From Nemertoderma westbladi (Eukaryota; Animalia; Xenacoelomorpha), in contig JAUCBJ010000684.1 in NCBI GenBank assembly GCA_032718475.1, positions 27,909 to 91,908 of the forward strand: DNA of 64,000 bases. The letters run 5' to 3'. Of this stretch, positions 47,988 to 58,995 are shown in pieces (the first letter of the stretch is position 1; each line of letters begins with the position of its first letter). The position numbers and the translations under genes were made by a program. The notes below the pieces were generated by a model, which searched no databases, was not told where the DNA came from, and saw only the letters and a list, made by a program, of their open reading frames with translations.

Positions 47988-50481
47988 CTACTCCTATCTG
48001 CTACCCGAAGGTAGGGTTGGGCGCTACTCCTATCTGCTACCCGAAGGTAGGGGTGGGCTCTACTCCTATCTGCTACCCGAGGGTAGGGGTGGGCGCTACA
48101 CCTATCTGCTACCCGAGGGTAGGGTTGGGCGCTACTCCTATCTGCTACCCGAAGGTAGGGGTGGGCGCTACTCATATCTGCTACCCGAGGGTAGAGCTGG
48201 GCGCTACTCCTATCTGCTACCCGAGGGTAGGGGTGGGCGCTTCTCCTATCTGCTACCCGAGGGTAGGGGTGGGCGCTACTCCTATCTGCTACCCGAGGGT
48301 AGGGGTGGGCGCTACTCCTATCTGCTACCCGAGGGTAGAGGTGGGCGCTACTCCTATCTGCTACCCGAAGGTAGGGTTGGGCGCTACTCCTATCTGCTAC
48401 CCGAAGGTAGGGGTGGGCGCTACTCATATCTGCTACCCGAGGGTAGGGGTTGGCGCTACTCCTATCTGCTACCCTAAGGTAGGGGTGGGCGCTACTGCTA
48501 TCTGCTACCCGAGGGTAGGGGTGGGCGCTACTCCTATCTGCTACCCGAAGGTAGGGGTGGGCGCTACTGCTATCTGCTACCCGAAGGTAGGGGTGGGCGC
48601 TACTCCTATCTGCTACCCGAAGGTAGGGGTGGGCGCTACTGCTATCTGCTACCCGAGGGTAGGGGTGGGCGCTACTCCTATCTGCTACCCGAAGGTAGGG
48701 GTGGGCGCTACTCATATCTGCTACCCGAGGGTAGGGGTGGGCGCTACTCCTATCTGCTACCCGAAGGTAGGGGTGGGAGCTACTCCTATCTGCTACCCGA
48801 AGGTAGGGGTGGGCGCTACTCATATCTGCTACCCGAGGGTAGGGGTGGGCGCTACTGCTATCTGCTACCCGAGGGTAGGGGTGGGCGCTACTCCTATCTG
48901 CTACCCGAAGGTAGGGGTGGGCGCTACTGCTATCTGCTACCCGAGGGTAGGGGTGGGCGCTACTCCTATCTGCTACCCGAAGGTAGGGGTGGGCGCTACT
49001 CATATCTGCTACCCGAGGGTAGGGGTGGGCGCTACTGCTATCTGCTACCCGAGGGTAGGGGTGGGCGCTACTCCTATCTGCTACCCGAAGGTAGGGGTGG
49101 GCGCTACTCATATCTGCTACCCGAGGGTAGGGGTGGGCGCTACTCCTATCTGCTACCCGAAGGTAGGGGTGGGAGCTACTCATATCTGCTACCCGAGGGT
49201 AGGGGTGGGCGCTACTCCTATCTGCTACCCGAAGGTAGGGGTGGGAGCTACTCCTATCTGCTACCCGAAGGTAGGGGTGGGCGCTACTCCTATCTGCTAC
49301 CCGAAGGTAGGGGTGGGAGCTACTCCTATCTGCTACCCGAAGGTAGGGGTGGGCGCTACTCCTATCTGCTACCCGAAGGTAGGGGTGGGAGCTACTCATA
49401 TCTGCTACCCGAGGGTAGGGGTGGGCGCTACTCCTATCTGCTACCCGAAGGTAGGGGTGGGAGCTACTCCTATCTGCTACCCGAAGGTAGGGGTGGGCGC
49501 TACTCCTATCTGCTACCCGAAGGTAGGGGTGGGAGCTACTCATATCTGCTACCCGAGGGTAGGGGTGGGCGCTACTCCTATCTGCTACCCGAAGGTAGGG
49601 GTGGGAGCTACTCCTATCTGCTACCCGAAGGTAGGGGTGGGCGCTACTCCTATCTGCTACCCGAAGGTAGGGGTGGGCACTACTCCTATCTGCTACCCTA
49701 AGGTAGGGGTGGGAGCTACTCCTATCTGCTACCCGAAGGTAGGGGTGGGCGCTACTCCTATCTGCTACCCGAAGGTAGGGGTGGCCGCTACTCCTATCTG
49801 CTACCCTAAGGTAGGGGTGGACGCTACTCCTATCTGTTACCCTAAGGTAGGGGTGGACGCTACTCCTATCTGTTACCCTAAGGTAGGGGTGGGCGCTACT
49901 CCTATCTGCTACCCGAGGGTAGGGGTGGGCTCTACTCCTATCTGCTACCCGAGGGTAGGGGTGGGCTGTACTCCTATCTTCTACTCGAAGGTAGGGGTGG
50001 GCGCTACTCCTATCTGTTACCCGAAGGTAGGGGAGGGCGCTACTCCTATCTGCTAACCGAAGGTAGGGGTGGACGCTACTCCTATCTGTTACCCTAAGGT
50101 AGGGGTGGGCGCTACTCCTATCTGCTACCCGAGGGTTGGGGTGGGCGCTACTCCTATCTGCTACTCGAAGGTAGGGGTGGGCGCTACTCCTATCTGTTAC
50201 CCGAAGGTAGGGGTGGGCGCTACTCCTATCTGCTACCCGAGGGTAGGGCTGGGCGCTACTCCTATCTGCTACCCGAAGGTTGGGGTGGGCGCTAATCCTA
50301 TCTGTTACCCGAAGGTAGGGGTGGGCGCTAGTCCTATCTGCTACCCGAAGGTTGGGGTGGGCGCTAATCCTATCTGTTACCCGAAGGTAGGGGAGGGCGC
50401 TACTCCTATCTGCTACCCGAAGGTTGGGGTGGGCGCTAATCCTATCTGTTACCCGAAGGTAGGGGAGGGCGCTACTCCTAT
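47988..50481 (+). repeat. Same satellite as 31000-34709, right block, about 80 copies
   Basis: Same unit with a different set of variants. Confidence 0.95.
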
Positions 50482-51111
50482 CCAAAGTTTTGCTCCCAGT
50501 AATTAAACTGATCCTCATTTCATCGACCCCAGTGGATGAAAGGCCGAGTGGACCCTGGCGGGGCTGAACCTACAACCAATAGATTGCAGGCTAAGCGCTC
50601 AACCAACTGAGCTACCCCGCCTTTATCCTACTTACGATACTGTTTTTATACCGTGTTGCTTAACTTAACCATAAACAGTAAAGTAATATAATTTATTCAC
50701 ATAGCTTAACTTATGTAATTATTATTTATCAAATAAACTGCACTCATGCAATATGATAGAAAAAAATAAGAGAAAAAAATAAAGTATACAGTAAAGTTAG
50801 TTTGAGCTGATGGGTGTGGTTGTTTGGTCCAAATGTTGTTATACGAAATAAATTCGTCACCATTAACTCTGAGTCCATATAATAATATTTACTATGAAAA
50901 TATAAATAGAGTATGAAGTCCGATGGCACAACAATTTACTGGGGTACATGAACTATTAATACCTCGATGCATTACCTGTACCGTGGTACACTCACACAGT
51001 ACAGTAAAGTTAATGTACCGCGTGACATTGGATGTATCGTGGTACATTGACTCAAACTGCACCGCAGCAACTGGGGGTGGGAGGGGGGCGTGGAGATGGG
51101 ATACCCGCGGA

Positions 51112-51493
51112 CTATCTGGTTTTGGAGGCGAGTTTCAGCTGGGAGGTCAACCAATCGACTCCCTCTGACAGACCCTCCCCCGTGAGTCCGTTGCTCGCGC
51201 AGATGTGCCAGGGCCGGTCCCGCAGTGTCTCCAAGGCGAGTTCGATGGAGACCCGCACCGAGGTCATCGAGTTCCGGAGGTCCATCTTATTGGCGTAGAA
51301 TAGAATCGGTACCGGTCGACCGCGTAACGACGGATGCGTGACCAGCTGCCACAACTCGTCCTTGGCGACGCAGACGCGGAGATCGTCGCTGCTGTCCACC
51401 ACGTATATGATCGCGTTCACGTCGCCGTAGTAGGCCTCCCACAGGTTGCGGTAGCGACTGGAGCCGGACATATCGAACGCGGTGAAAGTCAGT
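51112..51493 (-). CDS. ARL6: ADP-ribosylation factor-like 6 (BBS3) exon 2
   Basis: tttccag| acceptor; [59 protein letters not shown] matches ARL6. Confidence 0.95.
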
Positions 51494-52392
51494 CTGGAAA
51501 CAAACCAAAATATGAAATACACAGTTAGACAACCCGAGGGCTAAATTATACATTAGGGGGTCTTTCGCTAACAGCTGATTACTCTCAAAAATAAAACCGT
51601 AGCCTGTTATATTGACTCTAGTTTATTGTTTTGGTTAGAATAACGTGTCCTTGTAACCTTCTCCTTTACCTTGATTGGTAATTTAACATGAAGGCGAGAT
51701 TTAGGTTCAGCCCCCCCCCCCCCCCCCCGTCTTAAATTATAATAAGTTCATGGGACATTCGCGAAACACATACAGTAGTACCACAACAACGAGTTCAACA
51801 ATAAAATAGCGGAAAGTGTTACTTTATTTTCATTTCGCTGTTCCTTGTTTGTAAAGCACACATCTTTATAATATGATAATCTGCCGCACAGTACCGGCGC
51901 GGTATTGGATAAGAAGGCTGGCCCTTTAGAAGTTATGATCCTGAACAACTCAAGACCCTGTGGAACCTTTATGACCCCAACACTTCGCCGGTTCCATTTT
52001 GAAACCACATATACGCCGTTATTCATTCTAATTTCGTTTTGAAATGAAATTAAACGTGTTTTGGTAATTTCATGTGAATTGAAATAAAAATAGTGTTTGA
52101 ACATATTTGAATAATTATGTCACATATTAGGTGGGAATAGGAATAGGTTGTTTCAAAAAATGTATTACATTTTATATTATTACTCAAAAAGCATTAAATC
52201 CCTTTCAAATTAGACAAATTCGAATATTAAGATTGTAAAAATATAAATCAAATCTCCCTCTATTATAATAAACAACAATTCTAGCTCCTGATTCGTTGTT
52301 TCCAATTTTATATCAATGTTTCCCGGGCTTACCCTAGTCTATTTATAATAGTAAAATGTGTTTATAAGGCTGTTAAAAAAAAAATAGGAAGT

Positions 52393-52655
52393 CGCCACTG
52401 ACCGGACCCATTGACCGGAGACTCTATTACCGGATTGAAGCTTTATATTGATTTATATTTTACTTGTGTATTATTGACAGGAACCTTATTACCTCAACTT
52501 TGTGACCGGACCCATAATCTTGTAACATGTGTATAAACTTTCGTTTCTTGTTTTGGTTCCCCCAACACGCCTCTGTAACCTGCTCCTTTACTAATCTGCT
52601 CCTTTAAACGGTCAATGGTTCCGGTCAAAATGGCAATGGGTCCGGTAAGTAGCCT
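52393..52655. mobile_element. Small MITE-like element in the ARL6 intron
   Basis: Imperfect inverted ends act.accggacccattg / caatgggtccggt.agt; no TSD confirmed. Confidence 0.45.
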
Positions 52656-52946
52656 TTGCCAATAAAATAATTTAGCATTTGCAAAACTGGCTTATAGATG
52701 GTTTTGAAACGATAAACATCTCACTTACACGTGGGAGTACGACCTTCTAAGTGTGTTAATCGGATTCAGGGTACATTTCAACATAAAGAAATGCAGCAAT
52801 CTCCATTGAGGCAAAAATAGCGTATATGTGGTTTGAAAATGGAACCGATGATTTGACCTTTTGGAACCTTTGACCTTGTCTGAGTGTCTGAGTGGGACCT
52901 TTAAACCAAGGGCGACATAAATAATTACCGTAGTTGACCAACTCAC

Positions 52947-53131
52947 CCGCCCGACGTAAACTTTTCAACCGCGAACCCCACCGTGGGAACTACGTCCTGG
53001 TACTGAGCTTTGTCAGGTTTCAGTTTGTTTATTATTGTCGACTTCCCACTGTTATCCAATCCAACGCATATCACATTCGCTTTCCGTTTCTTTAACTTTA
53101 ACAATCGGGTTAGTCTGTCCATAAGACCCAT
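52947..53131 (-). CDS. ARL6: ADP-ribosylation factor-like 6 (BBS3) exon 1
   Basis: [36 protein letters not shown]; |gtgagt donor in phase 2 joins exon 2 to give 188 aa. Confidence 0.95.
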
Positions 53132-53472
53132 CGTGCAGGCAGACAGCAGCAAGTTAAGTAAATTATATCATAAAATATAGATTAATAAACTTAAAATATA
53201 GATTAATAAACGTTTTTAATAGGCCTACATCAATTCAAGGTACTGTGATATACTTATAAAATAAATGTTTATTAAAAATCAGATCTAGCTTACAACATGC
53301 ACCTCATATTGTGAAAAATTATCATGAAGGTCAAATATCTGCGCTTTTTTCTGCGCAATTTGTTCTCAAAACTCTTATTAATATTATGAAGAGTAACTTG
53401 GCTCACTACAGTATAATTAATGACAGAAACTACCGTCAGCCAAATTCACATTTCCATATATAGTGTATGCTT

Positions 53473-53485
53473 GTTGCCATGCAAC
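53473..53485 (-). promoter_or_regulatory. RFX X-box upstream of ARL6
   Basis: GTTGCATGGCAAC fits GTNRCN-N(0-3)-RGYAAC, ~340 bp upstream of the ATG of a ciliary gene. Confidence 0.65.
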
Positions 53486-53577
53486 AGGGAGGCCTCTTCC
53501 TATTCTCAGATATCAATCCATTCTTCGGGTAAAGGCTGATTGCTGGATTCATTGGATGGGAGAGCTTCTATTGAGTA

Positions 53578-53587
53578 GTGACGTCAC
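53578..53587. promoter_or_regulatory. CRE/ATF palindrome GTGACGTCAC near the ARL6 promoter
   Basis: Perfect TGACGTCA about 100 bp from the X-box. Confidence 0.35.
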
Positions 53588-53936
53588 AGGCTTTACAAAG
53601 CATAGAGTTATCTGTGGGGTGGGGTAGAGAGATTCAGTATATTATTCAACTGGGTACAAAATAAGGATTTAGGACAAAGATAAAGCAAACAAATTTATAT
53701 CAGAATATAATATAATCAATTATTAGTAAGCGGAAAAAGCGGAAATTTCAATTTAACTACTGCACATTGGGTTTGGGGATGGTGTCCCGCACCTTATACA
53801 CATTGGGTGTGGGTTGGAGTCTGTCCTTGTATTTTTTAGGCCCGCGAAGCGAGACCTATAGTATTCACTCCATTGTTATTGGTGGTGTTGTTGTTGTTAA
53901 TTTCCAGTTAGGTTTTAGTTTTATAAGGATTCATAC

Positions 53937-54017
53937 GGCGCATTGGCGAAGTTGGTTGAGCGTTGGACTTGGAATCTATAGGTACCGTGTTCAATCCCAC
54001 GTTCCGGTGATTTTTTT
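53937..54017 (+). pseudogene. tRNA-like sequence (tRNA pseudogene or isolated SINE head) followed by a T-run
   Basis: tggcgaagttggtt (box A), gttcaatccc (box B), T7 run; resembles the SINE head at 50621; cloverleaf stems imperfect. Confidence 0.45.
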
Positions 54018-54889
54018 ATTAGTAAGATTGGTAGTAAGCCATTCAAGGAGACGTTAGTAGACGCGGATCTTTGAGTGATTTCGCGTTCGTATTTCCTCTT
54101 GACCTGAACCTCCCAAGTACTTTGCAAGCGGTGTGAGAGGGAGGGTGACTGCACCTGTTCCGTCGGGTCTTACTGAAGTGAGAGGGCTATTCGACACCTC
54201 CCGAAAAGAGTTTAATGAAGTGGACTGTGTATGGGAAGGGAAGTTGAGATGAGAACAAGTAGAAATCTATGTCAACTGCCGGAGCTATTTATATACATTA
54301 ACTATTTGTATATATAACAATATATAATATTTAATCAGAATCAGTTGTTATAAATGTACAGAGTTGAGATATTATTACATAAATTGCAGAAATACATAAA
54401 TTCTATTTACAGATAAAAATGCCGCTAAAAATATAAAAACTTTTACTGTTGTAAAAGTCAGGGGCTTTCGCAAGCAGAGGGTGAAGATGCAAGAAGGTGA
54501 GGCAAGTGAAAAAACAGGCCCTTTTATAGCCAGGCATTATGCAAATCTAGATCGGTCGGTACGCTCTGAATGCTGATTGGTTGTAGCTCGTCCCTGATTG
54601 GTCGGAGCTACAGGTTGGCCAAACAGTTACGTTTCGATCCTATTGCACCTATGGGCTGGCGAGGGCTGAGGTCAATGACATAGTCATGTGACATAGAAAC
54701 GTATCAGCGTTTGTCAAACCAAACGTGACACCACAGGACAACCTATACATTTCGATCCTAATTACATGATAAATGTGCGTGTGACCTGGTAATGTGTTAG
54801 GTGACCACTAGGTCACTGGTGCGACCTCTAACCCTCATAAATTCTGGAACAACGCCAACCGTGAGAACACTACCTGCGCCCCACAAACC

Positions 54890-55950
54890 ATGGAATCGGA
54901 TTTATGTACCCACTACAACGCCAAGTTTGGTGGGGACGGCTGGCTGAGCGAAACGCTAAATGTCGAACTGCAGGACGCCTGTTCTGAGAGCACCCTTCCA
55001 CAGATATCCCCTCTGGCGGCTAAGAGGGCTGTCATCTCGTTATCCACTGGGAAGTCCCCCGACCTCGCATCCCTTACTGTAGAACATATACTGTTTATGA
55101 ACCCGGACCTGCTATCCTGTGTAATAAATTTATGTCTGGATTGGAAACAAGTCCCGTTGCTCTTTGGTAATTCAGTAATAACTAGCCTGTATAAAGGTAA
55201 ACAACGGCACTTATTTAACGTCGGCTCCTATAGACCCATAGCGTCCATAAGTATCTGGGCTAAAGTTTTCGAACGCATCATATTAAGTGACTTCCTGGTA
55301 AATATTAAACTGCATAATAATCAAACTGCGTATCGAGTTAAGATTGGGTACGATATCGCCATAGCAACAGTTCTAGAATATCTGGAATATAAACTCTCCC
55401 AGAGATCCACATTGTACATCTGCCAGTTGGATATCGAAGCGGCATTTGACTCTGTCGACTACGACGTATTGGGACGGAAAATGTTGGAGTTTGTTAACCC
55501 GCACTTAGTAGAATACTATGGTAAGTACCGTCTATCTGAAATTGGACGGTCTTATAGATTGTGAAGGAATATTAGTGACACGCGGTGTGAAACAGGGTTC
55601 ACTTCTGTCGGCAATACTGTTTAACCTAAACACCATGGACAACCTCGAGATATCTAACGCCGGTCGTTACATTAAATCTGTCTGGTTGGGGGCCATATCC
55701 TACGCTGACGACTTTTTACTGATGACTAACAGCTCAAAGGATATATAAATATTATTCGAAATATTTAAAAGAAGCGCTAATGAAATAAAATTGTTGGTAG
55801 AAAATAATAAAATTAATTGGTCTGTCTTCTCGAGGAATAAGAATTCTCACGTGCCGACTTTCCTTCCCCTCGGTGGTGAGTTAGTGGCTCAACGAAAATC
55901 GTGGAACTTCCTGGGCTATAACCTGGCCCAGACGCAGACCAACCCCCTGT
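54890..55950 (+). mobile_element. Degenerate RT fragment of a relative of element C
   Basis: LSTGKSPDLASLTVEHIL, SYRPIASI, LYICQLDIEAAFD, GVKQGSLLS and YADD parallel ORF 41391-44561; frameshifted. Confidence 0.85.
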
Positions 55951-56159
55951 CCTAAGCAGCTAGCTAGCTGCCAGACTGGGCCGAGTTAGCCGAGCCAAGG
56001 TTCGCTATAAAGGGGTGTTCAATGGGTACAGGAGCGCAGCAGCCGAGCTGATTGATAATGAGTGCCGCAACGCCAAAGCCAAAGTCGTAAACCTTTTCTA
56101 CAACAGAAATAAATCACACGCCGACAATTACTGGAATACCAGGAAGGATTAGCGCCATA

Positions 56160-57369
56160 CCAACAAACTATCGTGGGATCTGTCTGCTTGTGGTAGCTGC
56201 CAAAATATACAATAAAATGATTCTATATAAAATTAGGCCACACATAGAGAAACTACTGCGTAAGAGCCAAAACGGATTTCGACCAAGTAGATTAACAATA
56301 GCTTAGATACTTGCACTACGGAGACTGATTGAAGGATTTAAGTCAAAGAATCTCCCCGCAGTCATGACTTTTGTGGACTTCAAGAAGGCATTCGACTCCA
56401 TCCATAGAGGTAAAATGCTTGAAATCCTAAGAGCTTATGGAATACCAGAAGTAATTGTTGCTGGCATTGAATTGTTATATTGTGACACAGAAGCGCAGGT
56501 AGTCTCACCAGATGGTGAAACTGAGTTTTTCTAAATCCTGGCTGGCGTACTGCAAGGTGACACATTAGCACCATTACTATTTGTAATTGTGCTGGATTAC
56601 GCAATGAGGACGGCCACAAACTGTGAAGATCTGGGATTCACACTTCAAGAACGCAGAAGTAGTAGATATCCGGCAACTACAGTCACCGACACCGACTTTG
56701 CGGATGACATCGCCCTGCTCTCTAATACGCTAGCAGATGCACAGTTTCTACTAAATAAAGTGGAGAGGGCTGCTAAGGAGGTTGGATTGCATATAAATGC
56801 TACCAAGACCGAATTCATGGCTTTTTAATGTTGATGGAAACTTGACAACCATTGATAATAATCAACTCAGGAAGATCTATCAAAAATGGATTCCATCTGG
56901 AAATCAGATCTCTCCAGGCACCTGAAGACTAAGTTTTTTCGAGCCACAGTGGAAAGTGTATTTTTATACGGGAGTGAGACCTGGACACTGACTAAATCAC
57001 TTGAACAACGAATTGATGGTTGCTACACAAGACTACTAAGGGCAGCCCTAAACATCAGCTGGAGACAACACATGACAAAGGCCGAGCTTTATGGTACAAT
57101 ACCACCTGTATCAACCACCCTCCGTGAACGCAGATTAAGATTCAGTGGGCACTGCTGGCGAAGTAAAGACGAGGTCATACCAGATCTACTTTTCTGGCAA
57201 CCAACTCATGGAAAGCGTAGTCGTGGACGACCGGCCATAACATATATAGATCAACTTGAAAGGGATACTGAACTTGGGAGAAACGAAATTGCGACAACTA
57301 TGGAGAATCGGGAAGCCTGGAAGGATCTCATTTCCACTGTCCGAGTTCGCTCGACCTAGTAGTAGTAGT
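56160..57369 (+). mobile_element. Degenerate 5'-truncated RTE LINE (third family)
   Basis: NYRGI, FVDFKKAFDSI, GVLQGDTLAP, DFADD, RLRFSGHCWRS; stops and frameshifts; (TAG)n tail. Confidence 0.9.
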
Positions 57370-57639
57370 AACAAATCGCAGTATTATAACAATATAAACA
57401 ATATAAATTACACGGTGTGCGGCATTTAATCATCAGTCAGATGTCAGAAAGTCAAGAATGGACGAGAGATAATTGACTGTGCTGTGTAATTCCCTGACAC
57501 TCTAGCCTCATGGTCTTTCTGGGGACAAAGTCAGGAAGTGAATAAACACTCACACTGAGGGGCTGCAAGAATATTCTTGCCTCAAGTAGTTCACAAAGCA
57601 TGAATTACATCGAACGCCGTAGAACGTATGGAACATGTA

Positions 57640-58995
57640 AGAACTCCCAATCAGGGACCAGTTACCATGCCATGTTTAGATGTGGGTTCCATCCCACAAG
57701 CCTGGATATACAGTACAATCAAGATTTTGTACAAAGAGAAAGGTCCCATTACCAACCCTGATAATTACCGTGGCATCGCATTACTCAGTGTGATACGCAA
57801 GATCTTTACCTCCATAATAAATAAACGCCTCTTACAAGGAATTATACTTCTCATTCCGCCTGAGCAATTCGGATACACTCCATACATCTGATCTGCATAC
57901 AGCTGATCTCAGATATCAAATGTTTAATCGACTCCAATGGGAGGGCCTATGTCGTCTTTGTGGACTTCCGAAAAGCGTTTGACTCGACCAGTCGGAGAAT
58001 ATTCCTCTACAAATTATATAATGATTTTGGTGTCAAAGGGAAAATGTATAATCTTATAAAATCTTTATTAAAAGTTAACTACGTTCAGGTGTACGATGGC
58101 CTCCGTCTCTCTAAGACTATACCTCAGATTATTGGATTCTTACAAGGAGACTGTCTGAGTCCCACATGCTTTATAATCTACATTGGTAACCTAGTTAATG
58201 CTTTACGTAATGGTCTGGCCTTTCTAAAAAGTATATTCTACGCCGACGACCTGGCCTTCTACTCTTCAAACCCTAAAAATATCCAGCATGGACTAGACAA
58301 CCTTCACATTTGGTGTAAACATAACTCTCTAGATGTAAACTTATCAAAACAAAAATAGTTAAATTCCTAAACGGGGGCCTCCTAGCACTTTGCGATAAAT
58401 TTAATTATGACGGAAAACCAATAAAGATCAGTGACCACTACGAGTTTAGGCGTTACACACAAACCCACTTTGACATTCACCAAACGCGTTAAATGTAAAA
58501 AGGAAAAATCCTACGCCGCCATCGGCTGTTTGAAAAACTTACATCTGGTATCTGTAGAAACTAGAATTAAATTCTTTAATATGAAAATCGATCCCATTGC
58601 CACATACGCATTAACTGAAATCGAACCATATGTTAATCTTTCCCAAATTAAAGACCTCGATAAAATAAAGACCACCTTCATCAAACGACTTCTCGGCTTG
58701 CATATATCCTCTTCCTCCAATCTTGCACTTAAACTAACTAACCAACAAACCTTCATCAACGACATTCTACTCAACACCCTCATACAACACGTTCTAGAAC
58801 TCTACAAACAACATCGATCTGATCGCAACGAAAATTTCAACCAACAACTCTACCAATTAGGACCGGCATTTAAGTCAAATACCTGGAAAAACAGTAACCA
58901 GAAAAACCGATATTTAATAACCAGATTTACATCCCACGGCTTCCATCACAGACTGTGTTTAACTACCACTTTCCACTCTCGAACCTCAGAATGTT
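57640..58995 (+). mobile_element. Degenerate LINE ORF2 (RT and C-terminus; clade uncertain, possibly CR1/L2 group)
   Basis: NPDNYRGIAL, DFRKAFDS, GFLQGDCLSP, YADD, HGFHHRLC..C.C; several frameshifts. Confidence 0.85.

Larger units (their letters stand above)
30941..50621 (-). mobile_element. tRNA-headed SINE split by internal satellite expansion and nested LINEs (head/body ~50480-50621, 3' end 30941-31030)
   Basis: On the minus strand, ggcggggtagctcagttggttgagcg..ggttcagcccc (boxes A/B) and the body cactcggcctttcatcc..ggggtcgatgaaatgag run into the 30-bp unit. The far end of the array exits into gtagcagctatcgaaagaggagccttcgggtcgcc and a (TTGC)n-like tail. Confidence 0.65.

Noticed and set aside
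50550-50621. Functional tRNA gene
   Set aside because: Anticodon and T stems imperfect, and it continues into a SINE-like body; treated as a SINE head.
54455-54500. Possible RyR exon 9 (cag|GLSQAEGEDARR|gtgagg)
   Set aside because: Too short, weak polypyrimidine tract and no convincing match to the expected RyR sequence.
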